A stretch of 63,994 nucleotides of DNA, the filler included, from Fonticula-like sp. SCN 57-25 (Eukaryota): NCBI GenBank assembly GCA_001724245.1. It is 7 parts of 7 records of this genome, joined end to end, with 100 filler letters (N's around TTAATTAATTAA, not from the genome) between each part and the next. Parts side by side here need not be neighbours in the genome. Positions count along the whole stretch, not along the records: positions 1 to 9,106 come from MEDX01000273.1; positions 9,207 to 18,295 come from MEDX01000274.1; 5 more parts are not named here. One strand, given 5' to 3'. The notes beneath the pieces were generated by a model that was not told the DNA's origin, made no database searches, and worked only from the letters and a program-made list of their open reading frames with translations. Positions 1-10,510 of this stretch are shown piece by piece (positions within the stretch are counted from its first letter, which is position 1; every line of letters starts with the position of its first letter). Made by a program: the position numbers and the translations under genes.

Positions 1-218
1 TCTCACGTGATTGTTTCGTCATCAGTGACGTCACATGGGATACTTGAGCGCCGTCCGCAGCTTCGCATCCGTCCCTTCCCATCACCTGCTACAGAGCGTC
101 GGTGTTCAATCCGAGGTACGTGTGCGCTCCGGCGCCATCCATCCTCCTGTGTGTGGCGTGGTGTTCTGTTGCTATGTACGAGGACGGATGCCGCGGATGG
201 AGCCCGAACTGGATGAAC

Positions 219-305
219 GTCGATGACGAGAACGGAAAAGTTTTGTGTGGCAGATGCGCGGGTAACCGCGCGGTGGTGAGTCACTTTCTTCTGCCTTCCT
301 TCTGA
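219..305 (+). ncRNA. Intronic box C/D snoRNA, predicted guide for 18S rRNA Am420 (yeast numbering; snR52/SNORD83-like target)
   Basis: D box CTGA at 302-305 preceded by CTGCCTTCCTT (291-301), 11-nt perfect complement of conserved 18S AAGGAAGGCAG; D+5 rule lands on A420. Degenerate C box (TCGATGA 220-226 or TGGATGA 210-216). Lies in the predicted 5'UTR intron 116-422 of RPL29. Confidence 0.75.
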
Positions 306-422
306 AGACAATCGTCCTCTGCGCACCTCCTCGTGCTAGCTGTGCATTTGTTAGACTGTTTTTCGTGTTGTGTGCCTTTTGAATCTGCCCTTAAACTAAC
401 CGATCTTGCTGTCGTCCGCCAG

Positions 423-715
423 ATGGCCAAGTCGAAGAACCACACTAGCCACAACCAGAGTGCGTCCCGTGGCATCACGCGCTCCCCGTGACGGAATGCT
501 TACTTTTGTTCTTGCTCAGACCGCAAGGCTCACCGCAACGGCATCAAGAAGCCGGCGAAGAACCGCTACCCTTCCCTCAAGGGCGTACGTTTTGCATCCG
601 CGTTTTTGCCCGCCTCGCTCACTGCTCCCGTTTCATCGCTTAGGTTGACCCCAAGTTCCTCCGCAACCAGCGTTTCGCCAAGAAGGGCAACGATGCCAAG
701 GCCGTTTCGGAGTAA
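423..715 (+). CDS. RPL29: 60S ribosomal protein L29 (eL29), 3 exons (423-459, 520-584, 644-715)
   Basis: Spliced translation [50 protein letters not shown]; GT-AG introns. Confidence 0.97.
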
Positions 716-869
716 ATTGTACTGCTTGGAATGAACATTCTGATATAACTCGCATGTGCCAATATTGTATTTCAGGGTGTCGCTATGATCCCGCTGCCCC
801 GTGTGTCGTTTGTTGCGATTCCACATTTATATTAGTTGATTTCGTACAATGCGTATAGATAGATGGCCC

Positions 870-1955
870 TCAGAAGACGACAGTGCCGCACATGCCGGCC
901 AGGCACTGCACAATGTTGTCGCCCATTACCTCCTCGACGCTCTCCTGCAGATGCCTCTTGGGGTCCTGCTTGCCCACATGTCTCGTTTTGAGCTGCGCAG
1001 CGGTCAGTGTGTCCTCCTCCTGGACCGACTTTTTGAACGAGTCGGCCAGGGCCAGCATATTCTGCACGGTCTGCTCGTTGCGGCGCGAGTGCTCGGTATA
1101 GTCCTCGACCGTGAGGCCCGCCGTCCACGCCCGCTTGTGCAAGTTGAGCAGCATCTTTTGCTCGAGCTCGTTCTTGCGGTAGTTAATGGCAATAGAGTAG
1201 TAGTGCCTGTTGAGGCCGTGGATGAGCGCCTGGATTGACGGCTTGTGCAGATGGCCAATGTTGGACGTTGTCTGCCGGGGCTCACGCTGAACAAGCTGGT
1301 TTGATTGACCAATAAGACGGAAAGCGTCGATGACCACCTTGCCCTTCACAGACTGAATGGGGTCCACGACAACGGCAACAGCGCGGGCATTGAGCTGCTC
1401 AAAGCTCTGTAGCGGACGGCAGTTAGCGACCAGAGAAAGAAAATGCAAGGGGGGCGTACCTGCTGAGTGTTGATATCGACTCCAGAAAGCCAGCAGCCAA
1501 AACCGGGGTGGGAGTGGTACCAGCCAACAACCATTTCGGGGCGGCCGGTCTGCTTCAGCATTTGAAGCATCTGCATCTGGAAGACGGGGTCAATGGCCTC
1601 CACCGACACACCCGTTCCGCTCTGCGGCATCGCAAACACATCAACAACGCTGATGGTGTAGTCATCGATAAACTCACCAAGCATCAAACCCATGACTTCC
1701 ATCGGGACACCAGCACGGCCTAAAAGGGAAAACGAGTTAGGTAACAGGCCAAAGAGCGCGAGCGAATCGACGAACCGTGCTTGAGCATCTAGGGCGCGGG
1801 CGTCAGCTACCAATCGAGAAAAGAAAGGGAGGCGGTACCTTGATGAGCGCGAGCGACGAAATATGCACGGTCTCGGCAGTGTCTACCTGAGGCCCGTCCT
1901 GCGGCGGCCCCATGCTCGCCGTGTGCCCCAGCATCTGGGCCAATTGCGCGTTCAT
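870..1955 (-). CDS. RPN11: 26S proteasome lid deubiquitinase Rpn11/PSMD14, multi-exon including a 13-nt exon (1776-1788)
   Basis: [35 protein letters not shown] and JAMM motif [19 protein letters not shown]. Confidence 0.98.
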
Positions 1956-2258
1956 TCTCGTCCCTCGGCCGGTCGAACCCGTTAACCTCAAAGAACAGAG
2001 TGCGTCACAACCGATCGCGATCCAAGACTAATCCGGATCTTTGTGCGTATATCATGTGACTTTGCAAGAACGCGCCCGCAAAGTCGCCGTCAACAGCCGC
2101 ACGCTTCTACCCCGCGGTGACGCAACCGCATCGCCCGCGCTTCCCCTTTACTGCTCGGTGGCACTCTCTTTCCTTATTTTTTTACCGTTTCGTTGCGTTG
2201 CTTGTTTTGTGTGACGTGCGCTTGACGGCTCGGAGCCTGCGCGCACTGCATTCTTGGC

Positions 2259-4419
2259 ATGTCGCTTGACACATCGTTTGGCGCCGACGCGCCGTACAGT
2301 GAGCTGCACGGGTCGGGATCGGCGGACCAGATCTCTGGAAAGCCTGGTTCGTCTGTGAGCGTTCCTTTCGGAGCGCGGCATTATGGCGACCGATCGTCCT
2401 CGATCCCGCTCATGGAGATGGGCCATGCCGGCCGCGAAGACGATTTCGGCGACGACTATGTGCTGACGGACGATGGCGAGCGGCAGCCGTCGCATTCGAC
2501 CGCGTTCCGGTGGCCGCACGCGTCCGAGCTTGACACGTTCCTGCTCCGCGTCTACTCTTACTATCAGGGCAAGGGCATCTACTGCATAATCGTCAATTTT
2601 ATCTCGAATTCTCTGTACGCATGATAGGTTTGCTGCCGCTGACCGATCGCTAATCCGTTGCAAATCTGCCGCGTTCCACAGCATCTCGATCTTTACTGCA
2701 GGGTTTGCGACCTTTCTGCTGACGTGTATTAACTACACTCTGCTGCTCACGACGTACAGTCTTCCCCAGTCGATTGACCTGACTGGCCTCCAGAACATGA
2801 ATGCGTTCCTTGCCATGTGCCTGGCTGCCTTCTGCCTGTACTGGATCTGGAGCACGATCACCTTTACCCTGAAGCTGCGCCACGTAGTGAGCATGTACCA
2901 CTTTTACACGCACACCCTCAACATCCCCGACCGCGACATGCAGTCGATCGAGTGGAACGAAGTCGTTCGCCTGCTGCTGCTCGTTCAGCCAACGCAGGTT
3001 TCCCGCCGCCTTGACGAGTTTGAACTCGCAAGCCGCATCCTTCGCAAGGACAATTACCTCACGGGCATGATCAATCACAATGTGCTAAACCTCAAGCTTG
3101 GCTGGGACCGCTTTTCGACGAGCCAGCTGATCACACAGTACATGGAGTGGTGCCTTCGCCTGACACTCATCAGCCGCCTCTTTGACGACGACAAGCAGGT
3201 GGACCTCCAGTTTCTCTCGTACGACAAGCGCGACGCCCTTGCCGCGAGCCTCCGCCGGCGCTTCCTCGTGATGGGCATCTTTGGCCTGCTCTTCTCCCCC
3301 TTCATGGTCTTTATCCTTCTCGCCACCTTCCTGTTCCGCTACGGCGAGGAGATCCACCGCGACCCGCGCTCGCTCAGCGCGCGCCGCTTTTCACCCTACG
3401 CGCGCTTCCAGTTCCGCGAGTTTAATGAGTACCCGCACCAGTTTGATCGCCGCATTGCGACCGCCGTGGAAAAGTCGGACGAGTACGTCGGCCTGTTCCC
3501 GTCCGAGAAGCTGTCGGCGCTCGCGCGGCTGGTCGCGTTCGTGTCGGGCGCCTTTGCCGTGATGCTCGCGTTCGTGACTATTATCGACGAGGAGGCGATT
3601 CTGCGCCTCGAGATCACGCCCGGGCGCACCGTGCTATGGTACCTCGGCATCTTTTCGGCCGTGTTTGCACTGGCGCGCGCGCTCATCCCGGAAGAGTCGC
3701 GCTCACTGTTCCGCCCCAACGAGCTCATGCGCGAGATCGCAGAGCACACGCACTACATGCCGACGCACTGGCTGCGCAGGCTGCACAGCGACGCCGTGCG
3801 GCAGGAATTTGCGTCGCTCTTCCAGTACCGCCTCGTCATCTTTGCCGCCGAGGTGTTTGGCATCGTCACCGTGCCGCTCATCCTCATCTTTAGCCTGCGG
3901 CCGTGCGCGGCAGACATCATTGACTTTATCCGCGATGCGTCCGTCGAGACAGAGCGCGTCGGCGCAGTGTGCTGCTTTGCAACAAGCCAGATCAGCGTCT
4001 ATGGTGACGCGCGCTACGCAGCTAGGCGCTCGCCAGACGACCTTCAGCAGCGCGACCCCGCGGCGCCGCCAAGGCGCGTCCTCGTCTCGCGCAACGGAAA
4101 GATGGAGCGCTCGCTGCTCACCTTTATCGAGAACAACCCGAGGTGGACGCCGCCGGACGAGCTTCAGCAGTACGTCGAGTTGCTACGCGAGCAGCACGCG
4201 CGCTTCACCGCAGTCAAGCAGGACGAGCTGAGAAAGTCGGTCGGGTCGACCGAGGCGTCGGCGCACAGCGTCACGCGGTCGGGCGCGTCCGATCAGCTGC
4301 AGCAGATGAACGAGTCGGTGATGAGGCAGTCGGGTGCGCCGAGCACGATACTCGGCGTCATGGAGCTGCTCGATAGGGTGCGCGCGCAGGCTTGTGCATA
4401 TGGCTTAACTGACGCATAA
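2259..4419 (+). CDS. ATG9: Autophagy protein Atg9 (intron 2615-2681)
   Basis: LDTFLLRVYSYYQGKG, RILRKDNY, FREFNEYPH, HTHYMP..W, VGAVCCFA, GKMERSLLTF...NPRW; several TM helices. Confidence 0.95.
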
Positions 4420-4622
4420 TGTTTTAGATATACGACGATCGGGCGTGACGAGGAGGACGTTGAAAAGTGTACTATAATTGTGTCCATTTTCTTATTTGAA
4501 CCGCATTTTTGGCAGCAGCGCAATGATTTGACCATGTTTGTAGCAAGGACGGGAAATGTTAACCGTGCAGATGCATTTGCTTTTATTACCGTTGTACACA
4601 CATCAAACTGGGAAGAGGGCCT

Positions 4623-5459
4623 CTACTGCTTGGTGGCCATGTAGCTGAGCAGCCTCTTTCCAAAGAAGAAAGTGACGATGACCGGCGCGATGAGGTAGAA
4701 GAGCGTCTCAAAGATGTTGAGGGAGAGCCAGAAGAGGCCGTACACGCCAAAGATGGCGGCGAGACCGCCGTGGAAGCCGATCGCGCTCGTCATGGCAGTG
4801 GCATCGAGCATCGAGACGTTGGCGCCGACCTTGCCGAGAGCAAGAATGAACGCGCCAAAGCACGCAAAGACGGCGCCCGAAAAGACGACCGCAATGAAGG
4901 CGGGCGCGCGGGCAGCCGGCGCGCGGAACTGGTGCTCAATGAGCGGCTTGGGCGTGAAGGTATCCTGATCGCCCATATTCTGGGTCTTTTCCGAGAACGA
5001 AAGAGAAATAGAGCCAACGTTGTACGTAAGCGGCTGCGTCTTAAAGTCGCCAACGAGGATGCGGACAGAGTACGATCCGCTGCGCCAGTCGAACGACGCA
5101 GCCTCCTCGTCGGTAGCGATCTTGAACGAGTAGCCGGCCTCGCCGCCGGTGACCGGGTAAGAGATCACGCCCGACGACGCAGAGGCAAACTCAACGACGA
5201 CCTGGTGAGCGGCAATAGGCGTCTTGCTCGCCGTGTTGACGACCTTGAACGAGATCTCGACGACATCGCTCGCGCCGGCGGCGGCAGGCTTAGCCAGCCC
5301 CTTGGGGAAGGCGAGCGTCTGGAGACCGCTCGACGCGGACGCGGAAGCGCCAGCAAAAAACTTGACGTCGCTCAGGTGAATCTGCGCGGCCGGCGCAGCA
5401 GTGCCGAGCGCGACGGCGCAAAGCGCGAGAAGAACGAGGGCGACAGACGGACGCCGCAT
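4623..5459 (-). CDS. SWP1: Oligosaccharyltransferase subunit ribophorin II / Swp1 (short form)
   Basis: Signal peptide, AHQV motif, PKPLIEHQFRAPAARAP, three C-terminal TM segments (FWLSLNIFETL). Confidence 0.88.
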   Translation of the reverse strand: MRRPSVALVLLALCAVALGTAAPAAQIHLSDVKFFAGASASASSGLQTLAFPKGLAKPAAAGASDVVEISFKVVNTASKTPIAAHQVVVEFASASSGVISYPVTGGEAGYSFKIATDEEAASFDWRSGSYSVRILVGDFKTQPLTYNVGSISLSFSEKTQNMGDQDTFTPKPLIEHQFRAPAARAPAFIAVVFSGAVFACFGAFILALGKVGANVSMLDATAMTSAIGFHGGLAAIFGVYGLFWLSLNIFETLFYLIAPVIVTFFFGKRLLSYMATKQ

Positions 5460-5612
5460 GCCGGTCGGAGGGAAAGGGCAGTTTGAACACAAAGGGACAG
5501 TGGTGCGATGAAATTGGCTACCTTGATATTGGTCGGGGGGACGAAAGCGTATACCCCCATCGATTCGTCTTATTTGAAATTTTGACCGTTTGCGCGCGCG
5601 CAGTGCGGCGAC

Positions 5613-7561
5613 ATGGACGACCTCGATGGGTACTTTGCAGGGCAGCCTTCGGATAGCGAGCTGTACGCGCCGTTGCTCTTGTGTATATGTAATATACTTT
5701 TGCTAACAGGTATTCTAATAGGCAATTTTGCACGCCGGAGACGGTGGCGCGCTCCCTCGAGTATGTGAATCACGCGGTCATGTCATACGGCGTCTCGCGC
5801 CCCCTGTCGCTGCCTGGGCTTGATGTCGACGCTGCCGTGGACATCCTCAACGCGATGAACTCTCTTATTCAGCAGAAGCAGGAGGACTCGCAGCTGGTTC
5901 GGGAATTGGAAGATCGCGCTCAGAAGCAGTACAATGCGTCCGAGCTGCTAAAGTCTCGCCTTGCAAACGTCCAGGCGCGCGCGCAGGATGCTGAGAAGAA
6001 GGTGGACGATCTCACCGCGCGGCTTGGCCTGTCGGAGGTGGAGGCGCGCTCGCTTGAAAAGGCGCTCGCGGACTCTCGTAGGGAGGCGCGCCGTAGCGCC
6101 GATGCGCTCAGCAGCCATCAAGCGCTTCGTGCCGTACGCTCATGATCTCCTTGGTACTGCCATGCTAAGCGATCGCGTTAGGTTGAGATTAAGCGCATGG
6201 ACCGCGACGCCAAAAAGCTGAAAGAGTCTCTTAACAAGTCGATCACTGACCGCACGGGCAAGGCCGTCGCGATCAAGACGCTGAACCCCGTGCCCGTATC
6301 GCGCGTGAGCATCACTGGCCGCCCCACCCCCACGCCCGCGCAGACCGAAGAGGAGCTCGTGAAGCGCCTCGCACACACGTATGAGCAGCGCGCTTCCGAG
6401 ATTGCGCAGGAGAACCTTGCGCTCCGCCAGCTGCTTGCGCGGACATACACCCAGCTCGAGGACACCCTTGGCGTCGTCTCGCCTTCGAGCTCCGAGTCGC
6501 GCGACGCCGAGTCGGGCCTGACCGTTCCCGGCGGGTCGCTGACGGCGATCCACACCCGCATGCCGCTCGACCTGTCGCGCGCCGCGCTGGAGGCACGCTG
6601 GTCGCGCCTGCTGGAGCGCGCCGACCGCTCCCTGCGCGGCGTTTCATCTCTTTCGGTTGACCCTGACGCGTCGCTGATCGACTCGCCGCCGGCGGACGAC
6701 GCGAGCGAGGCCATGCTTATGCTTCAGGAAAAGGTCCGTCTGCTGGAGAAGCAGCTTGGCGAGGAGCGCGCACGCGTCGCTGCGGACGACGGCGAGCGTC
6801 AGACAGCGCACGAGATCCTGCAGGTTGACCTGGAGATGGCGCGCACCGAGCACGAGACGGAGCGCGCCGAGCTGCTGTCGCGGTTGGCAGAGCGCGACGC
6901 GCGGCTGGAGGCGCACGAGATTGCTCTTGAGCGGCTACGCGGGCAGATCCACATGTCGCCGGCGCACGTCCCCGACGCAATGCGCGCGCTTCAGAAGCGC
7001 TGCGAAGAGTACCGCGCGATGCTTGACGAGCACGAGGAGGCGATTTCGGCGCGGCTCACGGCGCAGGCGGAGGCGTTTGCGCTCATCGAGACGCCGGGTG
7101 TTGCCATGACGACCGTGCAGCTGAGGGAGCTTGAGAGGGAGCTCAGGGAGGAGCGCGCGGTGCTCGCGGCGCAGAAGAAGGAGTTTGAAAAGAGGGTCAA
7201 GGAATTCAACAGCAAGATTCTGGTACGAAAGGGAAGCAGGAACATGTTAGGGAAAGTCAAGTGAAACATGAGAAACTTTAAAGGGAAATGATTGGGAAAT
7301 CTGTTGACAGTAACTGACGGCGTGTGGTAGGCGGACGCATTCGAGCAGAGTGAGCGGACGGCAAAGGACGCGCCCGCGTGGATGCTCGAGACGCCGGCGC
7401 GCGTGCACGGCGGCGCAGTGTACGAGCACATTGTGTATGTTTATGTGGCTGACTGTGTTGTGTGTAGGCCCGTGACGCCATTGGAGACGCCCATGCGGAG
7501 AACAAGCAATCTGGCGGCGACTCCCGTCAATGCGTCGGATTTCAGCGACCAGTCGTTCTAG
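5613..7561 (+). CDS. SSX2IP/ADIP/Msd1-like coiled-coil centrosomal protein, multi-exon
   Basis: Spliced N-terminus FCTPETVARSLEYVNHAVMSYG resembles the ADIP-domain start, followed by long coiled coils. Exon boundaries predicted by hand. Confidence 0.7.
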
Positions 7562-7729
7562 ACGACGCTGATTAGAACAGAGATATTATCATTGCAATAG
7601 TGTAACATATATGTACAGTATCCACATATTAATGCATCGCGTTGGCAGAATGAATATTGCATGGCCTCTTGATGTCTTTGTTGTGTGTTGCATGTACGCA
7701 CCGATCAGACACTGATTGTCCACGTGGCC

Positions 7730-9106
7730 ATGAAACCGGCTCGCCCACGTCAGACGGCGGCCATGCCGGTCCCCCCGAGCGCGGCCCGCCGCGTCATGGT
7801 GAGCGCGTCGGCGCCCTCTGCTCTCCGCGCGACACCCACGCCGTCAGCGTCCAAGCGCCGCCGCGCTGATTCCACCTCGAGCAAGTCGGGATCGCCCGCG
7901 CCCGGCTCAAAGGGCGTTGTTGTGAGCCCAGAGCCGCGGCGGCCGCCCCTGAACGACACCATCATTATCCGCCCTATGCATCTGAAGGACTGCGCCGCGT
8001 GCTTTCACTTGGGTGAAAAGGTATTTACGAGCCAATTCCCCAATCTGTACCGCCTGTGGGATGAGTACGAGGTGATCGGGTCGTTCACTGGAGGCGGCGA
8101 CAAGTGCTTTGTCGCCGAGACCGGCACCGACCGCACGATCATCGGCTTTGTGTTTGGCGATGTTATCAAGAAGCGCCGCACGATCTGCTACGGATACATT
8201 CACTGGATCGCGGTAGATCCGCAGTACCAGCGGCGCGGGATCGGATCGATGCTGTACCACCGCGTGCTGCCCGTGATGACAGAGCACGACAATGCGCGGC
8301 TGATCCTCTGCGACACGCCCGCCGACAACCACTCTGCGCGTCAATTCTTCCTCGTACGTTTGAGTTTATTATAATTATGCTATTGTTTTCTGTGTTTTTG
8401 TTTTGTTATTCTTGACGTATTTGCGTCTACTTTGCTTCTGTTCCTCCATCCTCACTGATCGTTCTTGATAGCGTCATCAATTTGGCAAGCCTATTGAGCA
8501 CGTGTACATGTCGCAAAACATCCGCGAAGGCGGAGGCGTTCCCCGCGGCCGCCCCTCCTCCGACGTGACCGTCCGCGAGATGACGATCGACGATATTTAC
8601 CAAGTATACCTCATGGGTGAGCGCGTCTTTGGCAGCCAGTCTTCCCCCAACATGTTCCGCTTCTGGGAATCCTCTGAAATCCTCGACCTCTTTGAGACCG
8701 ACAGCGAGTTTTGCCTTGTCGCCGAAGTGGACGACGAGCTTGTCGGCTTTTGCCTCGGCACGACGATCAAAAAGAAGCGTTCCGCGTGGAAGTACGGATA
8801 CCTTATCTGGCTGGGTGTGTCGCCCGACTGCCAGGGCAAGGGCATCGGCGCGACGCTCGCGCGCGAGTTCCAGGACCGCGCGGTCGAGGACGGCGCGAGC
8901 ATGATCTTTATCGACACGCAGGCCGACTCGGACGCGGTAAAGTTTTGGAAGCGCATGGGCTTTGGCCACGCTCAGGACCACGTGTTCCTGAGCAAAACTG
9001 TGACGGACGCGGAGCGCGAGGCGATGCAGGAGCGCATGGCGGCGCACCACACGCTGATTTCGCTGCATCACAGGTCGAGCGCGCCAACGCCCGTAGAGGA
9101 CTTTGG
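7730..9106 (+). CDS. Tandem two-domain GNAT acetyltransferase (intron 8354-8471; 3' end lost in spacer)
   Basis: Two homologous repeats with acetyl-CoA motif A (VDPQYQRRGIG; VSPDCQGKGIG). Confidence 0.88.
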
Positions 9107-9206
9107 NNNNNNNNNNNNNNNNNNNNNNNNNNNNNNNNNNNNNNNNNNNNTTAATTAATTAANNNNNNNNNNNNNNNNNNNNNNNNNNNNNNNNNNNNNN
9201 NNNNNN
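9107..9206. other. Artificial contig spacer N44-TTAATTAATTAA-N44
   Basis: Identical 100-nt structure occurs six times; stops in all frames. Confidence 0.98.
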
Positions 9207-10391
9207 TCCGCCTCGCCTCATTCGCGCCCGTCGTCGATGTACTTGTCACAGCGGCTGTCCAAACTTGCCGCATCGCCGCTCCAGAACGGCAGCGAGATCC
9301 TCGCGTCGCTCCTGACGCAGAGCTCGCGCGCCCTCACTGCGACGACGGGAACGCTGCGGCTCCGCGTGCGCAGCGTGCAGCTGAGCGACGCGTCTTCCAC
9401 GACCGTCGGCCTTTACCTTTCTTTCCGGCCAACCTTTTTCGACCGCGCGGTCGCCTCGACCCCGCTGAGCGGCGGCGACAGCGGTCGCCTCGTAATTGAC
9501 TTTCACGCGCGGACAGGCGACGTCGGCGGGGCTCTGCCCGTCGAAGTATGGCGCGCGCGGCAGAGCGAATCGCGCGGCCTTGGCGACGAGTTTGTCGGGA
9601 CGGCCGAGCTGGCGGTGAGCGCGGCCGATTCGGCGTCGCCGAGCACGGCCGCCATTGTGCAGACGCTCACCGGCCAGGAGCTTGGCTCAATAGAGTACAC
9701 GTGCTCGTTTGCGCGCGACGACGACGGCGGCGTCGAGCCCGCCAACGCCGACGACTTGATAGAGGCCGCCGCGCCGGCGCCGTCTTTGCGGCTTAACATT
9801 AGCGTCAAGCAGATCGCCAACGTCGCCAAGGCGCCCGCGGGCGGCGCGCTTCGGCTGACATACCGGCTGTGCGAGCAGGCGGCCAATTCAAGGTTGCCGC
9901 CAGCAGCACATGGGACGGCCTCGTGGGAGGGAGGCGGCGAAGTGCAGCTGCCAGTGACGACGGCCATGCTGACGTCATCTCTACTGCACGTCTATGTGTC
10001 GGCCGAGGCGGCCGAGCGCGGCATCGGGCTCGCAAAGGCAGACTTGGCCGCCCTCACGCTCGGTCTCGACGTCATCCACGGATGGTACAATATTCTCGAC
10101 GAGTTTGGCCACGTGGCTGGACAAGTTCAGCTTCGCATATGGGTGACGGGCGGCGCTGTCACTGCACCCGCCCCTGTACCTTCCAGTGGGGAAGGCGCAA
10201 GTTTTTCGCTGGGCGCCGCCAATGAATTTATAGAGACAAATTCTTTCGCGTCATCTTCATTACAAGACCATGATGCTCAAGAGCGCGTCCCGCTTCAGCA
10301 GACACTGCTTGAGCTCGCGGCGCTCAACAGCGCGCTGCAGCGCAAGCTCCAGTCGCTCGATCAGTCCGATGATGACGTCGGTAGTTTGTAA
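9207..10391 (+). CDS. C2CD3-like C2-domain centriolar protein, C-terminal part (5' truncated)
   Basis: IGLAKADLAALTLGLDVIHGWYNILDEFGHVAGQVQLRI resembles the last C2CD3 C2 domain; short terminal coiled coil. Confidence 0.65.
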   Translation, partial: SASPHSRPSSMYLSQRLSKLAASPLQNGSEILASLLTQSSRALTATTGTLRLRVRSVQLSDASSTTVGLYLSFRPTFFDRAVASTPLSGGDSGRLVIDFHARTGDVGGALPVEVWRARQSESRGLGDEFVGTAELAVSAADSASPSTAAIVQTLTGQELGSIEYTCSFARDDDGGVEPANADDLIEAAAPAPSLRLNISVKQIANVAKAPAGGALRLTYRLCEQAANSRLPPAAHGTASWEGGGEVQLPVTTAMLTSSLLHVYVSAEAAERGIGLAKADLAALTLGLDVIHGWYNILDEFGHVAGQVQLRIWVTGGAVTAPAPVPSSGEGASFSLGAANEFIETNSFASSSLQDHDAQERVPLQQTLLELAALNSALQRKLQSLDQSDDDVGSL

Positions 10392-10510
10392 GATAAATGG
10401 ACCAATCAGATGCCGTGATTTTGATGACGTCACAACAGAACAGCTTTTTTTTCAGTGTTGCAGCGCCCGGTTTTTACAGCGTCAGGGTTCGTCCGCTCGT
10501 TTAGAAGAGG

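Noticed and set aside
9107-9206. Recurrent TTAATTAATTAA flanked by Ns as a biological repeat or terminal motif
   Set aside because: Identical 100-nt spacer at six places that truncates genes; an assembly linker. No synteny was inferred across spacers.
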